From the NCBI RefSeq assembly GCF_009914755.1, contig NC_060931.1: a stretch of DNA of 64,000 nucleotides. One strand, written 5' to 3'. Origin of the DNA: the human T2T-CHM13v2.0 reference genome, Homo sapiens. Position 1 is the stretch's first letter. Each line of letters begins with the position of its first letter. This document shows, piece after piece, positions 37,870-54,854 of the stretch. The translations under genes and the position numbers were made by a program. The notes under the pieces are model-generated. The model was not told where the DNA came from. It searched no databases and was given only the letters and a program-made list of their open reading frames with translations.

Positions 37870-40860
37870 TGATGGAACCGTAGAGTACATAGTCTTTTGT
37901 GTTTAACTTCTTTAACTTCATTTAATGTTTTTGAGATTTATCCATGTATTTGTTCTTTTTTATTGCTGAATATTATCTCATTTAATGAATATTACACATT
38001 TTTTTATTTATTCAGTATTTGAAGGATATTTGCAGTCACCATTTCTAGTTTTTCCAATTACAAACAAAATTGGTGTAAACATTTGTACTGAGATCAGTGC
38101 ATGGATGCACACTGAGTCTTTTGAATAAATTTCTAGGAATAAATTAGCTGTAGTAGTATGTATAGTAGCATATGGTAGAATATATTTATATAAGAAACTA
38201 CTGCTTTCTTTTTCAAAGTGACCATACCATTTTGAATTTCTATCAGCGATATATGAAAGCTTCAATTGCTCCACGTTCTTGCCAGCACATGATACTGTCA
38301 ATCCTTTTACTTTTAGCTATTATACTCTGTGTAAAGTACAATCTTACTATTGTTTTAATTTGCATTGCTGTGGTGATTAATGATGTTATGCATTTTCCAT
38401 GTATTTATTTGTCATTTATATGCTTTTTTTGGTAAAGTGTCTGTAAAATATTTTTATCCATTTATTACATTGATCTGTTTCTTTTATTAAATTTTAAAGG
38501 TTATTTATATTTTGGAAACAGGCACTTTATAAGAAATATCATTTGTAAATCTGTCCTCCCAGTTTGAATTTTTTATTTTTAATATTTAATTGTAAATATT
38601 GGTGAGTACATAGTAGGTGTATATATATTTACATGGGGTATGTGAGATATTTTGATACAGACATGCAGTATGTAATAATCACATCACAGAAAATGGAGGG
38701 TCCATCCCCTTAAGCATTGATCCTTTGTATTGCAAACAGTCCAATTATACTTTCAGTTACTTTAAAATGTACAATTCAATTATTTTGACTATTGTCACCC
38801 TGTTGTGCAATCAAACGCTAGGTATTATTCATTCTTTCAAACTATTTTTTGACTCATTAACCATCCTCACTTTCCCTGGCCATATACCCCACTACCCTTC
38901 TCAGCCTCTGATAACCATCCTTCTACTCTCTATCACCATGTGTTCAATTATTTGATTTTTACATCCCACAGATAAGTGAGAATATGCAATGTTTGTTTTT
39001 CTGTTCCTGGCTTCTTTCACTTAACAAAATGACCTCCAGTTGAATCTTGTCTTATTAACTTAAGCATGTTTTTCATACAACAAAGCCTTAAAATTAGGAT
39101 ATAGTTCAATTTTCATTGTTTCCTTTTATGTTTTATGCCTTTTTGTAACTTATAAAATGTCATTGCTTAACTGATGGTTATAAAGCTTTTTCCTACAGTT
39201 CTTTCTAGCTTTATAATTTCAGTTCTTACATTTAGCTCTATGATCAATTTCACCTTATTTTTTTATATATGGTACAAGGCAGGATCGTTGCTCACTTATA
39301 TGCTCATCTATGTTTACATCATACATTTCCTTCTTGGGATTTCAAAGATTCTTGCCTCTGTGGCATATTGTCATTTGTTAATTAAGAAAGAAAAAATATT
39401 GTATATGAACTCTTCAAATATTCTTCTCCTATTCCCTTTTCCTTTACCCTCTTGGACTCTAATTGCATAGAATTAGATTTTAGATACTATGAAATTCTTC
39501 CATAGCTCTAAAATGCTTTATTCGATACTCAGTCATGTTCAGTCTGCTGATAAAGTGCATCAAAGGAGTTTTTAACCTCAGATAAATTTTTTAAACTGCT
39601 AACATAGCTGACTTTTAAATAGTTTTAATCACTCCTATAAAATTTCCTATCTTTTCATTTATGGCCCCTATCTTTTACTCTATAGCCTATAAGTATTAAT
39701 CATATTTATTTACAATCCCAGTTTAATACTTGCAACATTTGGGTCATTTCTGGTTCTAGTTCTGTGAACTCCTTTATCTCTTGACTGTATTCATCAGAAC
39801 CAGAACTAAAGTTGTATTGCTTTTTTTCCCACTTTTCTGTGTTTTGTAATTTTTTAATCAATGTTGGACATTGTATGCAGAAGAATAATAGAGCTTGAGG
39901 CATAACCTTTTTGCCGGGGAATGGATGCTCCTCTTCTCTCAGGCTGTTAGCATGGTTGTTTGCTCCAATATAGACAATTCATTTGGCTGGTTTGGGGTTT
40001 TGTTGTTGCTATAGTTATTTTCAGTGCCCTATAGTTTTCAAATTTCTCCAGCATTAGACATTTACTCCTGTGTGTTCAGTGTGAGGGTTGCAGAACACTT
40101 TTCTCAGTGTTTCTGCACCACCTCAGTGTTTGGAAGCCATTGCATATCTATGGCACAGAAGGATTCTCTCTTCCTTCTGCCTACCCTGGGAGTATATTTT
40201 GACCCTACATACCTTAGTACAAGGGTTGAACTTTTTTTACTCAGTGTTTCTGCTCCAGCCCCAGTCTAAGCCTCTATGTGCCTACGTGTCTAAATATGGC
40301 CAAGGGGTGGGGTTTTCTTAATAGGTTTGCTTCTCTCCCTCTGCTAAATAGTGTCTGCCACATAGTGGTGGACAATCTTGTTCTGGAGCAGATCCCTGCT
40401 TCTTTTCCAGCCCTAGCAGATATCTTGAGCTATTGTGAGATTCTGGACTGAAGCAAGTTTTTGTTCCTCTCCCAGTGGCAGATGGCTTTTTCTTTACCCC
40501 TCTCTCAGATCCAGCAGAACTTTTCCTTGAATTATGGGATGGATGAGCATGCTGCCCTTCCTGTTGCTTTTACTTTTTAATCCAGCAGCAATGGGTCTTT
40601 GATTGCTTCTGGGAAGATATAGGGTTTGTGCTTTTCTCCCAGTAATGAAGACTTTTGCTTCACAGGGGAGCAAAGTCGGGCAAGATTTTGTGTCACTGCA
40701 CCACTGAGGAACGCTTTTCCTTGTCTCCTGTGCTGTACTCAATCTCTTCGGTGAGCACCCTGGGAGGCCCATGGAAAAGATCTTGGGTTTGACCCCTCCT
40801 TGTGTCTGGGGCTCCAACAGATTCCAAACAGTCACAATAGTTCACACTATTGGTGTGATC
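37870..40860 (-). mobile_element. Old L1M (ME/M4-like) region, fragmented, hosting a younger L1MA
   Basis: TTTTGAGATTTATCCATGT...TTTCAAAGTGACCATACCATTTTG...TGTTTTAATTTGCATT; ORF1/5'-like sequence further right. Confidence 0.6.
38568..39040 (-). mobile_element. L1MA2/3-like 3' end
   Basis: GTACATAGTAGGTGTATATATT...AATAATCACATCA...CCTCTGATAACCATCCTTCTACTCTCTAT...ATGACCTCCAGT; CCAGT(T)TGAAT on both sides. Confidence 0.88.
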
Positions 40861-41199
40861 AAAATTGATACCTGTGTTTATATGCATAGAGTATCTCTGG
40901 AAGAGTACAGAGAAAATAAATAAGAATAATTGACTCTTGGAAGGGAAATCTAATGGGTACAGAGGGCGGAAGGATTACTTATTTTCATTTAAAATGAATT
41001 ACATTCATTTTATTGCTTAAGTATTTTACCATGTACAGTTTTCATCTAGAAAAAAATAGCTAAAGACAATAGTACAAGCAATTTAATTTAGTGTTTGAAT
41101 TGATTAATGTATGTATGTTGTTTCCATAAAGAAATACTTCACTAAAACAATAGAAAGTGCTGGACATGTACATTTTTAAAGTTTTTATGTATTTTTTCA

Positions 41200-41356
41200 T
41201 TTTACTTTTGAGACAGCATCCTGCTTTATCACTCAGGCTGGAGAGCAGTTGTGCAATCATTGCTCACTTCAGCCTCGACCTCCTGGTACCAAGCAATCCT
41301 CTTGCCTCAGCCTCCTAAGTAGCTGGTACCATAAGTGCAAGTCATCACACCCAGCT
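41200..41356 (-). mobile_element. Alu right monomer / FRAM (AluJ-age)
   Basis: TTTTGAGACAGCATCCTGC...CAAGCAATCCTCTTGCCTCAGCCTCC...CACACCCAGCT; no left arm. Confidence 0.88.
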
Positions 41357-41964
41357 CTGGGCATAAGTCTTAAGTCATGTTCTGAAACATCTCTGAGACA
41401 GATGTTCTTATGTTATAATCAGTAACTTCTGTCTCATACAGGTAGTTCTTGACTTTGACTGCAAAATAACATAACCTGGAGACCTTTTAAAAAATGCTCA
41501 AGTAGAACCTGCACTAAGATATTTTTAATGTATTAGAATTGTATACAGACTATGTATTTTCTCTTTTATTCAATATTCTGTTTTATTTCCCCTTTCACGA
41601 GGCACAGTACAGGAAAAATATTAAAATATGAATGATTAATAAATATTTTAATAATACAAATAAATAATATAAGCAAGTATATGTATATATGTATGACCCA
41701 GATTAAGAAATGGAATATTGCCAGCCTTTCCTATCATGGTTTCTCCACTTCCTCCTCTGTCAGTGCCTCTAAATAATGACTGTCCTGAATTTTAGGTGGG
41801 TTATGCCTTTGTTTTACTTTGTAGTTATGCCTCCTAAAAATACAATTTTGCATTCCTAAAAACATAGTTAGGTTTTATCTGGTATAGAACCCCAGAAAAA
41901 GAGAAATCTATTATATTACTTCATGTCTTAATAATGTCTATTAATACATTAATAAAAGTTTTAT

Positions 41965-42270
41965 TTTGTATTTTATTTATCTTTTTTTTTTTTTGAGACG
42001 GAGTCTTGCTCTGTCGCCCAGGCTGGAGTACAGTGGCACTTACTGCAAGCTCTGCCTCCTAGGTTCACGCCATCCATTCTCCTGCCTCAACCTCCTGAGT
42101 AGCTGGGACTACAGGCACCCACCAACATGCCTGACTAATTTTTTGTATTTTTAGTAGAGACAGGGTTTCACCATGTTAGCCAGGATGGTCTCGATCTCCT
42201 GACCTCGTGATCTGCCAGCCTCGGCCTCCCAAAGTGCTGGGATTACAGGTGTGAGCCACTGCACCCGGCC
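41965..42270 (-). mobile_element. AluY/Sc8-like
   Basis: TGCAAGCTC, GGTTCACGCCAT and GTTAGCCAGGATGGTCTCGATCTCCTGACCTCGTGATC diagnostics. Confidence 0.93.
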
Positions 42271-42427
42271 ATCTATTTTTAAAAGTACCTGCATCTACAT
42301 TAACTTTTCACTGCTGTACTGTATTCCAGTACCTGAGCATAGCATGCTATGTATATCTTTTCTACTCTTGATGGATATTTGTATCATATCTTGTTTTGGG
42401 TTATTGCAGACAATGCTCTCCTAAACT

Positions 42428-42430
<3 letters not shown>

Positions 42431-42487
<57 letters not shown>

Positions 42488-42492
42488 TACAT
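42431..42492. repeat. (AT)n(AC)n compound microsatellite
   Basis: ~21 AT units followed by ~7 AC units. Confidence 0.97.
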
Positions 42493-42493
42493 A

Positions 42494-42878
42494 TTTTTAA
42501 ATTTTTAAATTATTTTTAAAATTGTGGTGGGTATATAGTAGGTGCATATATTTATGGGGTACATGAGATGTTTTGATACAGCATGCAATGTGAAATAAAC
42601 ACATCATGGAAAATGGGGTATCTATCCCCTTAAGCATTTATCTTTTGAGTTACAAACAATCCAGTTATATTTTTATGTTATTATAAAATAGACAATTAAG
42701 TTATTATTGACTAAAATCACTCTATGGTGCTACAAAATAGTAGGTCTTATTCATTCTTTCTATTTTTTTTGTACCCATTAACCATCCCTACCTCTCTACC
42801 AACCCCCACTACCCGTCCCAGCCTCTGATAACCATCCTTCTACTCTCTCTGCCCATGAGTTCAATTGATTTGATATTT
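42494..42878 (-). mobile_element. L1MA1/2-like 3' end
   Basis: GGGTATATAGTAGGTGCATATATTTATGGGGTACATGAGATGTTTTGATAC...CCTCTGATAACCATCCTTCTACTCTC...ATGAGTTCAATTG. Confidence 0.88.
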
Positions 42879-44266
42879 ATTTTGGTGTTCATTTGCAGAA
42901 TTTTCTCTAGAGTATAGATTAAGGAGTTGATTTGTTGAGTCAAAGGTAGGCATATCTAGAATTTTACTATATTAGATAATACCGTTTTTCAAAATGGCTG
43001 TTTTCAGGTACATTCCTACCAGCAACGTGTAGGAATAAACATTGATCCACAGATTTGCCAGTCCTTGACTTTGTCAGATTATTTTTGAAAGAAACTTGGC
43101 CATGTGGTAGATGTGTAATGGTACATAAAAGTCTTTTAATGTGCAAAGTTTGATATAAAGCAATTGCTGATTGCCTCCTAACCTCTAACCTGGCAATTTG
43201 AAGAGATTCATCCCAATGAGATCATTAATTTCCCAATAACACCATGCAATATATTACATCATGATTATTTTGGTTCCCACTCATAAAATTATGGAAAAAT
43301 ATTACTTACATGTGCATTTCTATGACTACTAATAGACTTCATACCATATGTTTGTAAGCCTCTTGGATTTTTTGGTGTGCAATGTATATTCATGTTTGCT
43401 TTTTGTCCATTTTTCTTTTTAGATCTCTATGTTTTACATTTTGATATGTAGGAGTTCTTTATATATTGTCCATATTCACCTTGTTTTAGTTATATTATTG
43501 TGTATATATTCTCTGAATTTGGGACTTGCATTTTCACTTATTAGATGATGTCTTCTGATGAATACCTGCTCTTAATTTTAATTAGATGTCTTAATGATTT
43601 TTATTTTTATTGATGTTGTTTTGTGTCTTGATCAATAAATCTTTCCCTACCTCAAGATCATGAACATATTCTCCTATGTTATCTGCCAGGAGTTTTATGG
43701 ATTGCTTAACAGTTTTACATGCAACTGTGATCAGACTCTGACAAATTTCACTGAACTCTCAAAATGTTTCCAATTGTCATCTCAGCTTTCAAACCTGTGT
43801 GAAGATTCTTCCATAACCAACTTTTCAAGGATGGTTTTTTCCTTTTTCCTTTTTCTACCTTACTCCATTCAGCATCAGGATCCACTGCCCATAGAGTTGG
43901 AAAAGTTTTGTTTCTAATTCACCCTTACCCTGAGAGTAGGTCCCTTTGGAGAGCAAGCTCAAAATGAACATCTTCTTCTAAAAGTTACCCCTAAAGAGGG
44001 AGGATTTAGCCTTGCCTTCTGCTATACTTATCTATAAGGTTCCCCCAAAGCAAGCTCAAGTTTGCTTGGGCTGGCCTCTCATCCTCAAGGCAAAATTGTT
44101 TTTGTTGCTTGAGGGTTTTTCATACAACTTTTATATCCCATTTTCTCTTAGATGTTTGCCTGGTAGTTTTCTTATTATCCTGTCTACATTATAATGCATT
44201 TAGGAAAATGATAGCTTTAATTCAACTAATATATTTTATTGTGTTTAGTAGAAAATTTATTCTAAG

Positions 44267-44640
44267 TGTGATGGTTAGTCTTCTACATCAACTTGGTGGG
44301 ACTACAGTAGCCAGTTAAATTGTAAAATATTAATCTAGGTGTTGCTGTAAAGTTACTTTTTATATGTGGTTAACATCTATAAGCAGTTGACTTTAAGTAG
44401 AGGAGATTTCCTTCAATACTGTAGGTGAGTCTTATTCAATCCCTTCAAAGTCTTAAAAGCAAAAACTGATGTTTCCCAGAGAAAAAGAAATTCTGCCTCA
44501 CGACTGCAGTACCAATTTCTGCATGAGTTACCTACCCACTTGCCAGCCCTACATATTTGGACATTCTAGCCCCCACAACTGCATGAGACATTTCCTTAAA
44601 ATAAATTCAAGTGTTACTATGGAGAACCCTGACTGATACA
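44267..44640 (+). mobile_element. MLT2 (ERVL) solo LTR, MLT2D-like
   Basis: TGTGATGGTTAG...AGTTGACTTTAAGTA...AAGAAATTCTGCCTC...TTCCTTAAAATAAAT...GGAGAACCCTGACTGATACA; TSD CTAAG / CTGAG. Confidence 0.88.
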
Positions 44641-45386
44641 CTGAGCTGTCTTATCATTACTGAAATTGAAGTTCTCTCTCTCCCCACTCCCTCTTTCTCT
44701 CTCAGTATTGGTTTCTGTCTGTCTCTCTTCCCAAACATAACAGCTTAATTTTGTTTCAGGGAAATGCTATAGCTTCCAATATCTCTGATGAAATTTATCA
44801 GGGAGCTTTTCTTTTCCTGAATTATATATTTTGTTTCTGATAAGCTCTTCTGCTTCTTTATCTTATTCTTACTCTTTTATATTTCAGGCTTTCCTCAATA
44901 TTTGAGAATGCTTTCAAGGCCAGTTGAGAACCTTGTGCATGTGGGCAGGCTGATAAGCTTTAGTTTAGATGCGAATCTTGGAACTGAGGCATTTTTATGT
45001 GGGATCTTCAATACTTGAGTTAAAAGGGCATTACTCTGGTGTTCTACCATTTTTTTATCTACTCTGTATCACATTAGATCATGTAGCCACTTTTTCCTAG
45101 AAAAAAGTCTACTATTTATTCCACTGATATTATTTCCACTGTATTCAGACACTTCTCATTCTTGGTTTTCCCTCACCCTCTATCTTTGTGTTCAGAACCT
45201 CTCCAGGTTTACAAGAAAAAGTTGGCTTCATCCTCTACTTCCACTCTAGACAGCAACTTATTTTTCTTTATTTATTGACTTTATATTTCATAAACGTGCT
45301 GAAATTTTTTGTTTTATTCTCTTTTAGATAATGCATCTGCTTTAAATAATTTTCTTACTTTGAAACAAGGTATTAAAGGAAGAGTT

Positions 45387-46545
45387 ATTTTTTTAAAAAT
45401 TAAATTGACAAGTAAAAATTGTATATTTTCATCATGTACAACATATTTTGAAACATGAATCCATTGTAGAATGGCTCAATTGAGCTAATTAACATATGTA
45501 TTATCTCATATGCTTACTTTTTTGTGGTGAGAACGCAAAATCTACTCTCAGAGATTTTCAAATAAAACACATTGTTATTAAATACAGTCACCATGTTGTA
45601 AAGTAGATCTCTTGAACTTGTTCCTCCTATCGATCTGAAATTTGAATTCTTTGACCAAGATCTTCTCCCCAACAGCCGTTGTTCCCCACAGCTCCCACCA
45701 GTCCCTGGAAAACACCATTCTACTCTCTACTTCTGTCAGTTCAACTTTTTTTATATTCCATATATAATTGAATCATCCCATATTTGTCTTTCTGTGCCTG
45801 ACTTATTTCACTGAACATAACGTTCTCCAGGCTCATCTATATTGTTACAAATGGCAAGATTTTTTTTTTATTTCTTTAAGGCTGAATAATATTCCATCGT
45901 GTATACAGGCCACTTTTGTTTTCTGGAGACCAGCTCCTTTGTGCAGGCCTGGTGCCTGGGACCACGAAGCCCTGCCTTCAACCCTGACTCTGTGGGGTCT
46001 GGCTTGGTGCTGGGACAGGCCAGAAGCCAGAGGGTGCTGGGTCCAGCTCTGCACTGGGGTCAGTCCAGAGCCTGGGGACACTGGAGTTTGCCTGGAGTTG
46101 GGGTGGACACAGAGACTGAGTATGCAGAGCAGGCCTGAATGCTGAGGCTGCAAGATCCAACTTGGCACTGGGACAGGCCTGCAGGCTTGATCTCCAGGTA
46201 CCTGCCTGAAGTCTGAGGCCATGGGGACCTGCCCAGCATTGAGTTTTACTGGGGTGGGCGTGATGTTGGGATCTAAGGCAAAGTGTGGTGCTCACTTCTC
46301 TCTCCTTTCACCACACAGAGGGTATCTTTCTCCGTGCTGTGCACCTAGGGTTGAGAGCAGGGGTAAAACAGGTAATGTAATACTGTTCCTCCTACCCTCT
46401 TTGATGTATCTTTTTTTGTTTCTTTGCTATAGCCATGTGCTGTAATCTCTTACTTCCTTTCCTAAGCTCTTGTGAAAGTATTTTATTGCTATTGAGAGAC
46501 ATGAGTGCTGTCAAGTCCCATTCCACCATCTTGCAGACATGAGTC
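45387..46545 (-). mobile_element. L1MA-type element with 5'UTR joined directly to the ORF2 end and 3'UTR
   Basis: 45387-45922 is an L1MA 3' end; 45923-46545 is GC-rich L1M 5'UTR-like sequence ending in TTCCACCATCTTGC (GCAAGATGGTGGAA on the minus strand). Confidence 0.75.
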
Positions 46546-47453
46546 TCTTCAATCAAGTAATTTTATGTTTCTGTATAATTCAATATCTTAATCCAAAAGC
46601 CGATTTTATATATTAAAAAAGATGATAAATAAAATCAGTTGCTTATATTTTTAAATTCTCTCACATTAATGAGTATTTTACTGGAAAACTGCCTTTCACC
46701 TTTGCTTTCAATTTCAATGTATTTCTCATGGTTTATCCTGTTGTTAAAAGCCATAAGCTGCTAAAAGACTGCATAAATTGCTTTTTTCCTGCTTTTCTAG
46801 TTTCTGCCCCTTCAATTATGTGGTAAAACTTAATTATCTCTGATGAAACTAATGTAGGCAGGGAAGAAAAAAATACTTGGTAAAGCTCCTACTATATACT
46901 TGATTAATCATAAAACCAAGGCTCATTGTTAATTTTGATTGGAATGCTGAAATATAATATGTTGGAAAGCATAGATTCAGTTGCAATATGTGCACTCACA
47001 AGGGGAAGACAAGCTCAGGTTATGCTGGAAGGAATAACAGCTACAATAAATGGTTCCTTCTGAACATGTTTAAGCTGATTGGCAAAATCAGAATCTTTAA
47101 ATTCAACTCTTCATAATTTCAGAGTTTGTGCCACTGATTTCCAAGTTATTTAAGCATCCAGACTCAATTACATATCTCTTAAATTATTCTGTATATTACT
47201 ATATGCTCTTTTGTTGTTGTTTTTTTTTCTTTTTCTTTATTTATTATTATTATACTTTAAGTTTTACGGTACATGTGCACAATGTGCAGGTTAGTTACAT
47301 ATGTATACATGTGCCATGCTGATGCGCTGCACCCACTAACTCGTCATCTAGCATTAGGTATATCTCCCAATGCTATCCCTCCCCCCTCCCCCCAGCCCAC
47401 AACAGTCCCCTGAGTGTGATGTTCCCCTTCCTGTGTCCATGTGTTCTCATTGT

Positions 47454-49573
<2,120 letters not shown>

Positions 49574-49878
49574 TTAAATGTCCCTGTCTGACAGCTTTGA
49601 AGAGAGCAGTGGTTCTCCTAGCATGCAGCTATAGATCTGAGAACGGGCAGACTGCCTCCTCAAGTGGGTCCCTGACCCCTGACCCCCGAGCAGCCTAACT
49701 GGGAGGCACCCCCCAACAGGGGCAGACTGACACCTCACACGGCCGAGTACTCCAACAGACCTGCAGCTGAGGGTCCTGTCTGTTAGAAGGAAAATTAACA
49801 AACAGAAAGGACATCCACACCAAAAACCCATTGGTACATCACCATCATCAAAGACCAAAAGTAGATAAAACCACAAAG

Positions 49879-50895
49879 ATGGGGAAAAAACAGAGCACAG
49901 AAACTGGAAACTCTAAAAAGCAGAGTGCCTCTCCTCCTCCAAAGGAATGCAGTTCCTCACCAGCAATGGAAGAAAGCTGGATGGAGAATGACTTTGACGA
50001 GCTGAGAGAAGAAGGCTTCAGACGATCAAATTACTCCGAGCTACAGAAGGACATTCAAACCAAAGGCAAAGAAGTTGAAAACTTTGAAAAAAATTTAGAA
50101 GAATGTATAATTGGAATAACCAATACAGAGAAGTGCTTAAAGGAGCTGATGGAGCTGAAAACCAAGGCTCGAGAACTACGTGAAGAATGCAGAAGCATCA
50201 GGAGCCGATGCGATCAACTGGAAGAAAGGGTATCAGTGATGGAAGATGAAATGAATGAAATGAAGCGAGAAGGGAAGTTTAGAGAAAAAAGAATAAAAAG
50301 AAATGAGCAAAGCCTCCAAGAAATATGGGACTATGAGAAAAGACCAAATCTACGTCTGATTGATGTACCTGAAAGTGAAGGGGAGAATGGAACCAAGTTG
50401 GAAAACACTCTGCAGGATATTATCCAGGAGAACTTTCCCAATCTAGCAAGGCAGGCCAACATTCAGATTCAGGAAATACAGAGAACGCCACAAAGATACT
50501 CCTCAAGAAGAGCAACTCCAAGACACATAATTGTTAGATTCACCAAAGTTGAAATGAAGGAAAAAATGTTAAGGGCAGCCAGAGAGAAAGGTCGGGTTAC
50601 CCTCAAAGGGAAGCCCATCAGACTAACAGCGGATCTCTTGGCAGAAACTCTACAAGCCAGAAGAGAGTGGGGGCCAATATTCAACATTCTTAAAGAAAAG
50701 AATTTTAAACCCAGAATTTCATATCCAGCCAAACTAAGCTTCATAAGTGAAGGAGAAATAAGATACTTTACAGACAAGCAAATGCTGAGAGATTTTGTCA
50801 CCACCAAGCCTGCCCTAAAAGAGATCCTGAAGGAAGCGCTAAACATGGAAAGGAGCAACCAGTACCAGCCACTGCAAAATCATGTCAAAATGTAA
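49879..50895 (+). CDS. ORF1: LINE-1 ORF1p, 338 aa, uninterrupted (coiled coil, RRM, CTD)
   Basis: MGKKQ...NHVKM*; 1017 nt; REKG, ARR and YPAKLS motifs intact; 63-nt spacer before the ORF2 ATG at 50959. Expression not shown. Confidence 0.9.
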   Translation: MGKKQSTETGNSKKQSASPPPKECSSSPAMEESWMENDFDELREEGFRRSNYSELQKDIQTKGKEVENFEKNLEECIIGITNTEKCLKELMELKTKARELREECRSIRSRCDQLEERVSVMEDEMNEMKREGKFREKRIKRNEQSLQEIWDYEKRPNLRLIDVPESEGENGTKLENTLQDIIQENFPNLARQANIQIQEIQRTPQRYSSRRATPRHIIVRFTKVEMKEKMLRAAREKGRVTLKGKPIRLTADLLAETLQARREWGPIFNILKEKNFKPRISYPAKLSFISEGEIRYFTDKQMLRDFVTTKPALKEILKEALNMERSNQYQPLQNHVKM

Positions 50896-50958
50896 AGACC
50901 ATTGAGACTAGGAAGAAACTGCATCAACTAACGAGCAAAATAACCAGCTAACATCATA

Positions 50959-52723
<1,765 letters not shown>

Positions 52724-53553
52724 TAGTGTAGCTCTCTCATGTCTAGAAGCATTAATATCAAGTAACTAAAAAACAACATGTTGAAGATTCTAGAAAGATG
52801 GCAGCAATTGTATTGTTTGAATGTCTCAGGACTCTTAGTAAGTAGACATGGAAACTAGACAGCCAAAACAAAATCTCATAGACATTACAGATGTTTACAA
52901 CAAAAGTAATTGGGAAGTTATCCCTGTGATAGACATATGGCAAAACCCTTCAACATTTATAAGACCTCTCTGGAATCAGTTTTGAGCAGAAAGAAGGAGA
53001 GAAAAGAAATGAGAAATATAAAAATATTTTAAATCTGGAAAATCCAAAGTATTCCACAGTTATTCACCGACAATGGGAGGGGTTTTGCCCAATCCAGTGG
53101 TTGGTGAATCTGAGGCATCAGAGGCATTGTCTGAATGAGCCAAGGCAGTGCAGTCCCTGTGATTCCACAAAGCTCTTCAGTGAGGGCTGACTCCCAGGAC
53201 AAGACTTCACATTGAGGAGAAACTCCTGGCATGGCCAAAACTTAAAAAGCGGGAGGATAACAGAGACAAAGGAAAAGACAATCGAGATAACATTAAAGGA
53301 TGTGGAACAGACGTAGTAAATCTCAGCAAACAAGCTGCTGAATATATATTTTTTTCAAATAACTACAGCAAAACTATAGAAACAGGGGTTATACCAAATT
53401 AGGAAAATTACCTGAACCACAGGCCCTTCTAAAAGTTCAGAAAAATAAATTTTACACATGCAAAAATAATTATAAAAGTTGTAGCAAGAATGAAAAGCAC
53501 AATAATACTCTTACAGAATAGATACTAAAAGACAGGAATATGAAATAAAATAA

Positions 53554-53865
<312 letters not shown>

Positions 53866-54039
53866 CGTTGACTTATTATTCTAAATGACTTAAATGAATC
53901 AGAGATTCTCTAAAACTTTAATAACTTAGAATGATTTGTATTTTCCCACAAATATGTCCATCTTCCTCCTCATCTGTTCTTACTATAGGTAGTAATTAGT
54001 CACATCAATTAGCCTGAACTGGATACTGGAGAGCATGAT

Positions 54040-54620
54040 TTTCTTCTTCTTCTTCAACAGCTCTGTATCTCTACTCAGTCACTGAGTTCTGGAAATACTT
54101 TCTCCTAAAGATTTATTGAATCTATTTTTTTCCTCGCTTTCTCTACGTTCAAGAACGTATTATCTCTCATGTATATTAGGGTCACGCTCCTCATTTGTAT
54201 TCTTATTTTATGGTAGTCATCTCCAGTCCTCATGGCAAATTGAATTAATGGAAAATGATATAAAATATAATATAAAAACTAATATTTTTAAAATAATGAC
54301 TTTAATGACCTTTCATTTTCTCACTATAGTTTGCCTTTTCCATCTCATCTTGCACCATTCCTTTTTATGTATTTTGTAGAATACTTATGTTTCTTTGCAT
54401 AAGTTACTGTCTTCCACATTCCTATGCCTTTTTATATGTGGTGTCCTTTGTTTAGAGGGCTTCATCCCCTTATCCAGCTGGAAGATTCCAGCTTATACTT
54501 CAAGATTCAATTCAAATATCAACCTCTCTAAGATTATTTCCTTGACCTGACAGATAAAAGTTTGACATCTCTTTTCTATCATATTTTATGGCTATTATTT
54601 GTTTGCATGCAAGTGTTACC
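54040..54620 (+). mobile_element. Degenerate L2
   Basis: AGTCACTGAGTTCTG...TACTTCAAGATTCAATTCAAATATCAACCTCTC...TTCCTTGACC. Confidence 0.5.
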
Positions 54621-54631
54621 CTCTGTTAGCT

Positions 54632-54854
54632 CAGAGGACAGCAAATGTTTCTGCCAAGGGCCAGAGAGTAAATATTTGAGGCTCTGTGAGCCATACAGCC
54701 TCTGTCACAACCACTCAACTCTGTCACTGTCCTGAGAAAGGAGCCATAAACAGTATGTAAACGAATGGGCATGGTTGTGTTTAGGTAGAACTTTATTTAC
54801 AACAACAGGGAATCACCTGGCTTTCATCCCTGGGCCATCATTTGCCAACTTCTG
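54632..54854 (+). mobile_element. MER58A (hAT-Charlie) MITE
   Basis: CAGAGGACAGCAAA...AAGGGCCAGAGAGTAAATATTT...TTTGCCAACTTCTG; 8-bp TSD TGTTAGCT / AGTTAGCT. Confidence 0.9.

Larger units (their letters stand above)
41700..43700 (-). mobile_element. Old L1ME-like 3' region hosting Alu, microsatellite and L1MA insertions
   Basis: ACCCAGATTAAGAAATGGAATATTGCCAGC...TTGATGGATATTTG...TTTTCAAAATGGCTG...CCTACCTCAAGATCATGAACATATTCTCC. Confidence 0.6.

Noticed and set aside
38568-42878. Two similar L1MA 3' ends about 4 kb apart as a possible local duplication
   Set aside because: Different truncation points and flanks; similarity is explained by subfamily consensus.
45768-46445. Cluster of overlapping ORFs in a GC-rich patch that looks like an exon or CpG island
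   Set aside because: CpG-poor and consistent with an old L1 5'UTR; few stops because of GC content.
49831-49878. N-terminal extension MVHHHHQRPK... on ORF1 in the track (His-tag-like)
   Set aside because: Starts at TTG and is ordinary L1 5'UTR sequence; the canonical ATG is at 49879.
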